Assembly (NCBI GenBank): GCA_040954595.2 | Contig: CM082586.2 | Location: 7,781,337 to 7,845,336 of the forward strand | Reading direction: 5' to 3' | Source: Balanoglossus misakiensis | Taxonomy: Eukaryota; Animalia; Hemichordata | Length of the DNA stretch: 64,000 nt | Part shown: positions 37,800 through 51,400 of the stretch, in pieces | Layout of the letters: the number at the start of each line of letters is the position of its first letter | Position numbering within the stretch: position 1 is the first letter of the stretch | Translations under genes and position numbers: made by a program | The notes under the pieces: model-generated | Database searches by the model: none | What the model saw: only the letters and a program-made list of their open reading frames with translations | Told to the model about the DNA's origin: nothing

Positions 37800-40700
37800 A
37801 TGGCGTATCGAATGGAAGGATATAATTATAAGCTACGGCAGTTTGCCGAACTTATCAAGATTTCTGTGGTTTTGGCAGTAGTGTTTGTGGAACAAGGCGG
37901 TAAGTGTTTTTTTTAAAGTTTCATCACACCATAAGTTGGCATAGTCCACCTTGCTGCAGCTAAATCTTTGACAGATTGTGTTTGATTAGGGTGAACCTGA
38001 TTAACTGGCGGGATGCCTCCAATCATGCGTCAGTGCTACGGATATGGAGAACTCCGTTTCGGGTACGCTTATTTTCTGGTCAACAAAGTATCCAACGTTA
38101 GTATTAAAGGCACGTAAGCTGCAACTGGATAAAAAATTAAAGTTTTAAATAATCTCATATATGCTTTTAATTATGTCTATTAAATGCTATTTCATGATAA
38201 TATATCAAGCTCAACACTTGTTTATGACAAAATGGCCAAAAATTAAAGAAAAACGAAAATTCCTGCAATTTTTAAAAAAGTGCAATATTGCAATGAAAAA
38301 TGAAAATCTGATGTCTCAGTGGTGTACATTTACTTCCATGAGCTCAAGTGGATGAGATCATGTTTTGTTTATGAAGTTTCACAACCGGAAATGAGACATT
38401 TTCATTGTTTCTTGCATTTTCCCACAGTGGCGGCCATAATCGCTTGCGGCAAAGCTTTATTATTTATCTGGTTAAAACTTGCATATGCACTCATATTTAG
38501 GGTTTATAGTGCTTGTGTATTGTTCACTGCCTTCATCTGCATGGACTAATGGTAGTGCTGTTTGAAACAAAAATTATGAAAATTATCCCAAAAGTTACAG
38601 CTTACGTGCCTTTAAACATATTAGTGTTTAAGGACCGAACTGTAGCAAATGCTATCAGTTGAGGAATCGTTCCTCAGCGGAATATTCGTTTACCATTTGC
38701 TTTTAGTCTTACTATAAAGTAAGGCAATCTTTCAAATATTAAATTTCTATTGCTATTTGCAATTAATTTCGACTGCTAATCTAATTCTCACAATTTGTTT
38801 CAAATAAACATCATTCTAAGTATTCTCAATTGTGAAATAATAAGGTGTCGTGTATAAGAATGAAGTCTGAAAGTTCTTTGACGAATTTTCATACTGACAA
38901 TGGGACCGTCTTTCAGGTAATTGTCAGGTGGTCATTACTGATGTCTACCAGCGGTCGGGCAGAAAGATGGGACAGTTCTGTAAAGACTTTGGTCTACGCG
39001 TGGTCAAGGATGACAGCGAGACAAAACACCAGAATATAATTAAGGCACTTTATGAACAAGGCTTGGAAGACGCAAGACTGCTTATTGATGCGGTGTTCTC
39101 AAGCGACAGAAATGTTTTACGAACCAGCGACGGACAGGTGCTGACGTACAAGCCCTTCGTGGAACATTTCCCGAAGTACGGAGACTGTATAGCAATGAAG
39201 TAAGTTTAATCAATTGCAATCAATCGTGTAAATCAATTAAATGTGTCAGTAGTTACCCGTCCTCACCCCGACAAAGTCTACAAGCGGTGACCTCGCTCAA
39301 CTTCACCGCGCATCCTGTCCGATATAAGTGCACTGTACACTGTATATGTTTTCTGCAAAGGTTTTCTCTATATGTTGTCCAGAGCAAAATTGATGCGCAC
39401 TGTTTACAATTTTGAATTTTGTAGTCTACTTTACCGCCAAGGCAAGTGGAGGGACAGAGATTGTGATGTTTACGGATTCGATCCAATATGTGAAAATTCA
39501 AGTAAGTTGAGGTGTACTTGTATAAACTTGATGACAGATGTGAATAAATATCACCTGTATTCAGGCCAGAAAAGTCTCTGAAGAAATATAGATTACTGTC
39601 GGAAGCTTAGCTTTCACTGTAATGCACTTAAATGACAAAATACTGATTACCCTTCCGTGTTACGCGAGTGTCGACTTATATAATATAAAATTACTGAAAT
39701 TAATTTTGTTAATACTTGCATGCAACGGGGAATTTAAATGAGTTATAACACAGCTGTTTTACCATTTAATTGTAACTGGCGTTTTTTATTATATTCTCAG
39801 TGGAAAATGTCAGACATTTGTGTAGGAGAATTTATTTTCTGCGAAATCCAAAATCATCATTACATGGAAAATATCAACTTGTATTTCAGCAACATCCGAG
39901 CTTATATCCTTTAGATCGGCAGACCAAGTGGGTGCACGTCAGCAGTGTAACAGTGTCGGCTTATATTTAGTGTCTGTCATGAATAAATGGAAACATCAAA
40001 AGCTGCTTGCTTGTCCCAAGTGTCTTGGGATTTCGCCTCATGTCATTACAACGTGGATCGATGCACACATCGCGGCTGACAATGTAACGAAGACAAGCAG
40101 TGGTTTTGTGTTGGAGTACACGCCCTTTGGCAGAGGCGAGCGGATAGACCCCGGAATGTGCATTTGGACACGGTGAGTGCAAATCAGTTGTGTTTGTCAT
40201 GAACTTGTAAATTATGCAATACTCTCTTTAGCTTTATTTCCATAGGGATGGACGCAAATGCATACACAAAGTATTCTGATATACACAGCGTATACTTTAA
40301 GTAAACGAACTCTGTACAGAGTTCGATCATGGGTACAAATCATGTATACTCAAACTTCATATTTTACAAAATATTCATTATGGCCCGTGTATAAGCAAAT
40401 GACGTGTGTGCAAATGAGCATACTTTTTGCATTAACAATTTAATGTACAAATTCACACTTTTTTCTCAAGATTGTTCGGTATGAAAAGTTGTATACAAAA
40501 GAGAGACAATCAACATAGCACAATTTTAATGGTTCGGTAACTTGTATTTGATTTGCTATTTATTACTGACACTTCATAATCCAAGTTCGTTTACTTTGAC
40601 AGATGTTATGATTATGAAGTAGACTGCCGATGGCTTACTACACCTTGTGATGGGGAAGCGAAATTTTGGTCTTATTGTGGTAAGGGAAAATTACTAGTGA

Positions 40701-43700
40701 AACCATATAGTACCGGTACTTCTTTTCATACTGCAATGTTAAATATTTGCTAAGGACGGCGGAACTGTCACAATCCTTTTAAACTGTTGTAACTAAAACA
40801 TTCAGTTTGCATCACCAAAGACTCTTGTTAGTATATGCGTGGGTAAATTTCCTGTCAGTTGCGGTGTCCATGATAACATTTGAAATCAAGTTTCTTGAGA
40901 TTCTCTCAGGTGGCATTTACGCTAGATATTAATTTAGCAATCTACAAAAAACTAAACATTAAATGCAAATAAGTATTGAGGCAGGTCCAGTATGGAACCT
41001 TTTTTGAACTATTGCAATCCAACATAATAGAATCCCTTTCATCCCATTTCGTTTGATTACTGAGTTACACCGTCTGTACTAGATATTGCGAGCGATTTGA
41101 TGCATCAAACGCGTAAAAGTTTGTCAAGCATCGCGTATGAGGTAGATTGTATTCATCGTGTCATGGTATCTGAAATGTGATCTCTTTCAGTGAAATTTTC
41201 AAGATATAAATTTTTCACTATGAAACGAAGCATTTATCAATAGAAATTCGATCTCTGTATAGTGCCATCGGAATGTAACATCATTGTACTATGGTTATGA
41301 AACCTAACACTTTAAGTTTTAAATGCTTATTCGTGTTCGGCGGGATTTCTATAGAAAAGCATTCCCGGGCTGTGTACGACACACCGCCAACGCATTGCGC
41401 GGTTGTAGTATTTCAGATGGATTTAATAAATTATACACATACTCAATTGAAGAGCATACTTGACACCATGGGTTTTCTGATGAAATAATGACCATATTAG
41501 CCTAAGTTTAATTAAAAGCAATAACGATTTTATTACCTTCACACAGATTTAAGTACACCCTTTTCTCATTTTCACTTTAGATAATGACGACTTTCCTCAT
41601 CTGTCACCACGTTTGGCCGTGATAAAAGCCAGTGGAAAGCATACAACGACTCTCGTAAGGGAACACACATGTTGAAATTACACAACTGTTGTACATAGCA
41701 CTTTCAAACCACAAAACTATCGTCGGCCATTACCTTATGATTGGAAAGAAGGAGGATAATTATGTAAAATGCAACACCGAGACTGGCCCTCATCGTGTTA
41801 AAAAGTGAATGAGTGGAAAATGGAGTAGATGTTATGATCTCAATTTTAAATGCTATGTAAATATTGAATGACGACAAACTATGAGAAGATGATGTCAATT
41901 CGTTGTACTTAGCAACACAGCGGCCGGTTCCATGAAAGGCGTGTGGTGCAAATGTATGCAAAGGTCAATTGTCCTCGTATCAACTTAGAAACAAGAACAT
42001 TCAAACATGTCGGAACTGAAAAGTAAAACGTCGATGAATTTGCTTGATAATTATAATAATAATTTCTGAAAGATGTGAAAAGTTTACATAATCACTGTGA
42101 TATTTTTCTCTCGACAGAGTCTTGCAGTGATCGACGATCTGGTCAGTTTCACCTCGGGACTTGTCAACAAAAACACACTGTTTGAAGATAGCATTCTGCT
42201 TTCGCAAGGTTTGCCGATTAAATTTCTTTTTGTTTTCTGGAAATTCTGCAATTTCAAACTGATGGTTAACGTTCCCTTCAAACCTTTTCAGAGATACTGA
42301 GTATTATTCAAGATGTCATTGACACAATACAGTCCCTGATAGACGTTGATCCGAGTCAAAAGTTGACTCTAAACCAATCGAACGACTTGACGAAGAAGGT
42401 AACGGAAATAGTCGACCAACTGTCAATGTTTGTTCTTCGCATGGCCGAGAGTGACAATGTAACGACAGTGCTAAACACATCTTCACTCGTTTGGAACTTG
42501 GAAAAGAAATCTGCCAAGGAATTATTTGACCTCGTCGTGATGGTAGGAGATGGAAGTGGATTCGAGCTTCCGCCAATAGATAACGTGTTTCCTAACGTGT
42601 CGTCGGATGCTGTTTGGAGCAGAATGGTTAGTATTCATTACATCGCCGTCTTTTGTCACAAGGCAGTGGTTTACCACAATAGGGGAATGCTATAATTAAT
42701 TGGCTTCTTCCGTTTTCTTTCAATACACAATTGCCATTGATTGTGAATTTTAAGGATTAGAACACCCCTGAGTATTGCATGCTAACACAAGAGGGTAATT
42801 TTGTTTGTTACTTCTTTCCTCAGACGTCACTGCCCATTTACATCTGTTTTGAGTAAAAACATTAAAATCTTTATTTTCCCTCAGATATTCCGTTTTGCTG
42901 TTAACCCCCATAAACTGAACACGAAGAGATACAGCTTTACTACAGATATATTGACGCTGATATTCAAAGATGAAAACGGTGTCGAAACGACAGGTAGGAC
43001 GGACCAGAACATAGAAATGATTACTGGATAGTCATTCATATCTGCTTTTGTTTTTTTCCTAAGCGGTTACAAATTCGAAGCAAGCGTTACAGATTTGAGA
43101 TATCGAGGAAAAATTCTTACAGCGTTCGATTATGAAATCGCCTAATAACAATTCCAGAGCAAGGCAAGGTCAAAGTCAGTTTACCAAAAATTAATAAAAC
43201 TTTTGCTGGTTGGATTAGATAATATGTACAATAATTCCAAGACCAATACATGTATATTGATTAAGACTTGTTCAGCACACAGATGCACAATCATGGTAAC
43301 TGTCTTGTCGTATTCAAATATAATTAACTCTACTAGATGTTATAAACGGGCGTGGATTTTACTTCATAATGACAACGGGTAAATGTTGTCATTTCAGTGA
43401 ACGAAACCACAAAGGATATTGGTATATGGCTTGGAAATTACCAAACCCCATTCAACGAAAGTATTGTAAGAGGAAAGCACATTGAAGCCGAAGGAGTGAC
43501 TCATTATGAGTTGGAAGTAACGGTAGGACTGAGGGCTCATTAAACATCACAACTATTGTCTGTGTATACTGGTGTTTGCAATTTCACGTTTTTATGTTTT
43601 AGGTAATTAGGCTGTCAGGAAAAATATAATTATTTTATGATTGATTGATTGGTTGGTTGGTTGATTGATTGGTTGGTTGATCGATTGATTGATTGATTAT

Positions 43701-44896
43701 TGTATCAACATATTATAAACATTGACTTACAGGCACTGATGATGAACAACGCTCTCCAGATCACGTTGAAAGCATCAGAACCTATCTCTGAGACCATTAT
43801 AGCAAATGTGTCATCTGAAAGACCTGGCGATCCTGTCGAACATGGAAGTTTCCAGTTGATCATTGAACTGGTATTCGACGGCCGTTTTGCATCCATATTT
43901 TTGCCGGAAAATAAGATAACACGAACAGGGTTTTACTACGTGACCTTTGACCTTAATGGTAAGTGGCAGAAAAGGACATGTAAATGTTACGGTCTGTTTC
44001 ACTGTCAAGTTCCACTTGGTCATTGTATACGGAAAGATTTTGTTTCAAGAATTATTTATTGTCTATTGCAGAGATATGGATCTCGGTGGGCCTAAGGTTG
44101 GGGGTTGCTTGTATAAATGACAATTTTTTATAGTTATCTAACACCCACGCGGTAGTTATCATGTATACGTTAAACCTCAGCCACCCCCCCCCCCCCGCTT
44201 GTGAACCACGTGTCTGGCTAATTCCAGCTGCTTGGTGTAACCATGTATATGTTCATTTTCATTATTACAGCTTGTGGTGTTGACATCAGCGTGACAACCA
44301 CGCAGCATAAGTGCAGTACTTTCACCGACAGTGGTTGGGAAAACGTTGGATGCAAGGTATGGCATCGCTTGGTATAAATATGCCTGATCGGTATGCCCTG
44401 CTTTGTTTTGAGACCTGGTACTTGGACGTGACTAAATGCGTTAATCGCTTAAGGGGCGTAGAGAGGCCGAAACTTTGTTGTACTGTTGTAATTAAGTGGT
44501 CAGTTGTTTATTAATACAGTGAAATGGTCAAATGGGCCCACTTGGGGGTTTCGGAACAAAAATTTGCACCGCCACAAACAATTCAACGTGAGTTCATGAC
44601 TATAGGTACTGGTTCAAATACAGGTACAGAGGATTTGTACCAACGCCCTCCTCGGGTATGATAAACCCCACGACCCTGAAAAAATATTCACGAACTGTTT
44701 ATGTTTCAGTAAATAATTAAGTAACCGTTTTCTGTGTTCCATTTGTTAGGTATCACCGAAGTCCAACTACAACTCGACTCTGTGTCTCTGCAATCACATG
44801 TCAACGTTTGCTGCAGTTGTTGAAGTCCTTGATCTGGTGGAAATTGAGACGCACTCGTTACATCCTACACTTAACCAAAATGTCAGAAGCGGGTGA
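37800..44896 (+). CDS. 13-exon, ~670-aa protein: signal peptide + 2 C-type lectin-like domains + PKD1/REJ-type GAIN/GPS domain, no transmembrane segment
   Basis: Phase-consistent GT-AG exons 37800-37899, 38917-39199, 39425-39501, 39890-40172, 40603-40679, 41581-41654, 42118-42208, 42292-42626, 42885-42993, 43398-43522, 43733-43958, 44271-44356 and 44750-44896. CTLD motifs (WID, GDCIAM..KWRDRDC..ICE). GPS: KCSTFTDSGWENVGCKV...CLCNHMSTFAA. Confidence 0.82.
38108..38611. mobile_element. Non-autonomous Kolobok-like MITE
   Basis: TTAA at 38104-38107 and 38612-38615; TIR aggcacgtaagctgcaact / agttacagcttacgtgcct. Confidence 0.85.
43638..43697. repeat. (GATT/GGTT)n microsatellite
   Basis: Direct reading. 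Confidence 0.9.
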
Positions 44897-45349
44897 TTTC
44901 ACCCAAATTAAAACTCTCAGAATTATTAAACACCAAAAATTCAGGGTGTTAGATTTTAGTTCTTTCATTGCAAAGCTGATGGTGCTTTGTTTCACGATTT
45001 AGTTAGATGGTGCACCATTTTGACGATTACATTTTCATTATTGGAACAAGCTTTGGAGATGGCACAACAGTTACCCACCTTGCATTTTAACAAAAGCAAC
45101 GCAAGTAAGAGAACATGTTTGTGATATCTTTAAAGAATGCCACATTTCAATTAAATTATGTCATAACAACTACTTGTGATGTACTATTGAGTGATTTAGA
45201 GGAATTTTCTCAATTTTTCAAGCTGGTGCTAGACCTCTCGTCGACAGCGCAAGCTCGTTCCCTCATTCACAATTGTTAACACTTTATGTCTAATTGAAGT
45301 AAATGCAACTGATACAATACACGGGATGTGGACAGCAACTTTAAAGTAC

Positions 45350-47230
45350 AATTAAAGCTGCAAGCAGCGTTGGCGGGGCGGTTCCCACGGTGACCAGCAA
45401 ATGCCAAGGCTGTATCTGCTGTGGATACCAAGATATGGGAAAGTAGGTCAAAGGTCACCCCAAAGTTGGGCAAAAAAATCGGACCCCATACTATTCTAGG
45501 TCCAACAAAAAACAGACCGCTAGCTCTATTGGTTTGCCTAGAATTAGGTATGCACATAATTAATGAGGTCTTGTGTAAGACTCCATATGTGCTCCATCGG
45601 CCCCCAAAAAGCCAGGACTCTAACTGCACTGCACGTCTACTCATTGGCCCCTATCACCCTACCAAGTTTCAGCCCCCTAGGTGCAGCGGTTTTCCATATC
45701 TACCTGGCCAAATTTTGGGAAGAAGAAGAAGAAGAAGAATAAAGAAGAATTAAAGCTGCAAGCAGCCCAAGCGCTGATCCGGTATTATATATGCACAGTA
45801 TGAATGAGAAGAAACAGAATGCTCTATCGGGTGTTTTATCTCATGGCATAACACAGACGTTTTTTTGCTACTGAAATACAGTAAAGTAGGTCAAAGGTCA
45901 CCTGAGGTCACCCAGCATTTCGGCAGAATTTTTTGACCCATACTGGTCCATGTCCAACAAAAACCAAAACTCTAGCTCTATTGGTTTGCCTGTAATTAGG
46001 TATGTGCATATTTAATGAGGTCAGCAGGTGTCACAGGTGACCCAAAAATGTGGCTTTACATTTTTGTCCCATCCTGCCAAATGCCAAGGCTGTATCTGCT
46101 CTGGATGCTGAGATATGTGAAAGTAGGTCAAAGGTCACCAGAGGTCACCCAACATTTGGGCAAAAAATTTTGATCCCATACTGGTCCATGTCCAACAAAA
46201 ACCAAACCTCATATTGGTTCGCCTGTAATTAGCTATGCACATAAGTGCAGTACTTTCACCGACAGTGGTTGGGAAAACGTAATTAGTGAGGTCAGCAGAG
46301 GTCAAAGGGGTCATGAAAAGTAGCAAATTATTTTGATCACACACTAATCCACATGCATCAAAAACCAAACGTCTAGCCCTATAGGTTAGCCAGAAATTAG
46401 TTGTGAAAGAACAATGTGTGAAAACGCGAAAATTAATACTCGCGTAACAGTGGCCTCTCTCGATATCGCGAAAATTTTGACTTGCGAAAAAAAAGTGTTT
46501 TACAGTAGGTCAAAGGTCATGCGAAAAAATCGCCAAAAATTTGTAACATATTTTAGTCACATGACGATAGATATCCATGAAAAGAATTTGTATGCTATCA
46601 ATTTTTAGACTAGGATAAGGAATTTAAATTTTTCACTGCTTTTTACAAAATCCAATTTGGCCACCATAATCTTCGACCAATCACAATGCTCTTTGCAAAC
46701 TTGATAGACATCAGTGTAGTGACCATACTCCCCCAATCTTTCGACTCAGTTATCTCCTGTTCTGGAGAAGAAGATTTTTGGAGTTTCACTAGGGTTTTTC
46801 GAAAATCCAATATGGCCGCCAAAATCTTCAACCAATCACAATGATCTTCGCAAACTTGATAGACATCAGATAGGTGACCACATACCCCAAACCCCGTGTC
46901 TCGGTTATCACCGGTTCTGGAGAAGAAGATTTTTGAAATTTAAGCCGGATTTCAGAAAAAAAATTGTAGCAAAAAAACTGCAACATTGACAGCAAAATAT
47001 TCGATTACAAAAATGATGGGTAGAACGTAGACTACCTGCACACCAAATTTGAAGTCGATCTGACTTGTAGTTTCTGAGATCTGCATTTTTTCAGAAAATC
47101 CAATATGGCCACCAGGTCACGGGACTAATTAAAAATTCACAGGTTCAATGCACATCTACTAATTGACCTTGACCACTGTAGCAAGTTTGAGAAGTGTACC
47201 TCTAGCAGTGTCTGAGATCTAGAGTTGAGA
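45350..47230 (-). mobile_element. Cluster of Helentron-associated (HINE/DINE-1-like) non-autonomous elements
   Basis: Ends aattaaagctgcaagcagc at 45350 and 45749; (GAA)n at ~45718; internal gtaggtcaaaggtca and aatccaatatggccgcc repeats shared with 52929-54088. Confidence 0.65.
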
Positions 47231-48123
47231 CTGGGTAGACCTTCTCGAAGTCGTGAAACCTTGGCGATTAAATAGTTCTGAAACTGCCTGGGTAGGACAT
47301 TAGTGTCAGTAGCCTTTGGTGTTTATTACAACATTGTCTTTCTAAACTTGTTCAGACAATTTAATACCAAAGAAATGTCTTGGGAACTTGGCTCATTGAA
47401 TTAATGTGGGCTTATTTTTGCCTGGGTAGGACATTAGTGTTAGTAGCCCTTGCATAAGATGGCTCAGCTGTGATCTTAAAACATCACTCCCTTATCATCA
47501 GCCTCTTGAATGCGGTTACGATGGTAGTATAACTACACTCTCTCAGACAATTACCAATGAAATATCTTGCGAAAAATGGCGTATTTTTACAAATTCAAAT
47601 AGATGGGTATTATCTCCAATATTTTCTACAGATTCAGTTTGTTATTGTAAAACCCAAAATAGCTACAAATGGTTGGAATTGGGTGAAGTAATGTAAGAGA
47701 TATATAAATAAAGGCAATACAGAAAGACCAGGAAAAGAGTACAAACAAGAATTTTCTCAGCGATGGAAACTCGCACGGTCAGTACTGTTTTAGAAGATAC
47801 ACACTGCCAACAAAGACTCCTTAGCCTGGAATGCTCGTCGTTCACCTTTGTACAATGCATTATTAAACATAGACTGAACAAACAATATTGATCATGCATT
47901 ATCTGTTTATTACTTGACTAGTCCCAACATAAAAAGGGTGATTACACAAATGCTAAAGAAAGACTAAATACATATATGGTAGCCAAGAACTCTAAATCAA
48001 CTATGAAACTGACATGACTATTTTGAATGATACAGTAATTACAGGACTAGATAGAATACATGAGTAAAATGACTCAATTTCATTCATGCCATTGTGCTTC
48101 CTGCAGTCACCGGTGTCCTTTAT

Positions 48124-48395
48124 TCAAACTCGGTCCCATATGTAGCAATAGTAGCCTGAAAGAAATCAAGGTTTACATTCAAAATTTGTTACGGCAAAAA
48201 AAATAGAATGCTGTAATGCTTCCGAGTGACCAAAAATTAAAATTGACATAACATTGATGTGACAAATGATTTGTATTCATCACACACATTTTTTACTAAA
48301 GTCAAAAGCTAGTAGACCACATTCCAAACTCCACGATACCTTGCAAGATATCACATATCAAGGCAGGTCAATAAACTCTCCTCTTTCCTGTGAAT

Positions 48396-48437
<42 letters not shown>

Positions 48438-51400
48438 TTTATTGCGTTCCAAGGCCACCGGCCCATATGCAAGGGGGTTACAGAAATTTAACATAGATAA
48501 GACAGCAAAATAAAGTACAGCTATACATGACAATTAAACAGTTTAAATCCTGTCTCTTGAAAAAAGCGAGAGATATATCTTTCTCTGCTTAAAAGCTTTG
48601 CCTATGAAAATACAAAGGTCTTTGTGTTTTTGTTAAGTTAACCTTTGTGAATAGAACAAAGCAGGTAAAATGCAGAATATAAGAGAAAAAGTAATAAAAC
48701 CAATATTCTTCCACATACCGGGGTACATACATACATACATACATACATACATACATACATACATACATACATACATACATACATACATACATACATACAA
48801 ACAAACAAACAAACATACATTAAACTGTGCAGAGTAATACTTACATTTATTCCACAAGCCTGGAAAGAAAGAGCATAATAGAACATTTGTAAGTAACATA
48901 CCAAGAAACGCATATTTCGCATGCCAATGTTACCTCAATATGTGATAAACTGACCCTATATGTAATAATATTTATATCTCAGTTAACCACAGTAATGTCA
49001 TACATACATACATACATACATACATACATACATACATACATACATACATACATACATACATACATACATACATACCATACATACCATACATACATACATA
49101 CCGTACATACCGTACATACATACCGTACATACCGTACATACATACATACATACATACATACATACATACATACATACATACTACATACATACATACATAC
49201 ATACATACATACATACATACGGTACATATATACGGTACATAAATACATAACTGTGCAGAGTTATACTTACCAACATACCACCCACGTTTGGATGAATCAA
49301 CTATCTGCTTTCCTGTGAACAGAACAAAATAGACAATAAGTGGAATAATACACACATACATCCTCCAATAAATGATATAGTTATACAAATAAACTGCCAT
49401 TGATCAAAGCTATGTTACTAAATGTACTCGTCATCTGTAGACACGTCAAAGGGTTTTGATCACCTTACCTTGAGTATTTCCTGCTGTGCGTTCATGTCCA
49501 TTATTGGCTGCTTCGGCACCGTCTATTTTAATAAAAATACCCGAATCAGAAACATATACAATACAGAAAATCACAACATTAACGTCATCTCCCAAGTAAG
49601 GCAAAAAGGTCTATAAATGTTATCGTGCCATTTCCTAACACCAGCAGTGTTACCTTTATGCTGCTAGGAGATAAGTTCGGCATACGATACCAGTAAACAT
49701 TTACATGTGTTAGAAATTTATGTATATTTTGCTTAATCTGGCCATCTGATTATAATATATGTGGTCAGATAAGAGATCATCACTTCTGAAATGCATGTTT
49801 ATCAGCATGTCTTTCATTTATCAAGGATGCCAGGCACAAATTAAATTATAAAATTAAAAGTTTTTGCATTTACGGTGGATTTCAGCTACAGTCGCCGCTT
49901 TCTTTAAAAAATTGTATTCAAAACCTTTAATTTGGTTAGACTTTTATTGAAAATATTGGTCAAAGACTGTATGTGTCATTTATATTTTGCGTGTGTATTA
50001 CACATCTTAACAGCGAGATGACATGGAAATGGTCGTATGCGTAGCGACTTTGTATGTTGCTTCTAACCAGTAACAGAGATCCCTTCGTTAAAAATCATAG
50101 AACAATAAAATAAAACATGGATAAGGAAACATCTTAAAATAATCTGTAGACGTTAATAAATGCCAATAAACTGATCATATGATGACTGCCCTCAGTTGCG
50201 GCATTGACTATCAGGATAAAAATTGTATTTATATACAGTCAAACCTGTGTATAGTGGCCAGTCAAGGGACCTTCATAAACTGGTCTTTATAGACAGGTGG
50301 TCTTTATAGACAGGTCAATTAATGCACATGTAAGTTGCACAGGGACTGTAACATAGTGGCCACTATATAGAGGTGGTCACTATATAGAGGTGGTCACTAA
50401 CACAGGTTTGACTGTAACTAAATCTCAATTTCCATAATTTTGTCTTTGATACAAATGAAGTATACATCACTATAAAATAATTTGCTCAAAGAATATCTCA
50501 CATTACTTATTCTTTACTTACAAAGTTTGGATGAATCAACTCTCCTCTTTCCTGTGAATAGAACAAAGCACGTAATATGTGGAATAATAAGAGACAGAGT
50601 AATAACCACTATTGCCATGCCCAACCCCCGTCTGGTCACTTTTTGTCGTCTGCTTCGTGCTTAATGCTCGATCCCGGACAGCTCGTGTTTACAGTCATCG
50701 TCGCCATGTTGGTTCGTGATTGTAACTTCTTTTTCTGATGCTGTTTCGTTCAGAAAATGCCACTGATATACCACAAAATCAATGGTTGATATAATATAAT
50801 AGCAATAACCCTTGCCTCAGTCGGGTATACACTCGATTTGGGTACAATTCGCTCCATATATTGTACCCAAATCTCGTGTATACCCGCCTGTGGCAGGGGT
50901 TATTGCTTAAGTATCCTCAACTTATAGATACTATTGTGATATATGTGTGTCACCAAACTCACTTAAATAAAATAAAAATCTTAAAATACAGGAATTCTTA
51001 CTATTAATGGGAATCCATGGTTCTGGAAAGAAGGACAGAATACCGGTTGACTATTTGTTACTACAAGTTTTTACGGCAAAAAAACACTGTTTATTGATTG
51101 ATCAGACTTGCTGAAGTTATTAGCAAGCTCAACAGATAACGCGGCAACATACCTCCACGTACCCGTATATGTCTGTTGCAAAATGCTGGGTCCATATACC
51201 GGTCTACATATATACCGGTACATATATACATACATGACTTTCAAAAATTAACTTTGTACGCAGTAATATATAAAACCATAGTTTTATATATTACTAAGTT
51301 TCTTTGTTTGACGCCATCATTTACAATACTGTTACCCACAGAATACTATTATGTGACACACATCAGATGGATTAAATTTTCATCATACGAATTTGTTACA

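Noticed and set aside
47285-47452. ~32-bp direct repeat tgcctgggtaggacattagtgt.agtagcc
   Set aside because: Two copies only, with no associated structure; likely a local duplication.
48589-49400. MYVC/HTYI-repeat ORFs (also 59650-59933)
   Set aside because: Translations of (TACA)n microsatellites; only the short embedded exons are credible.
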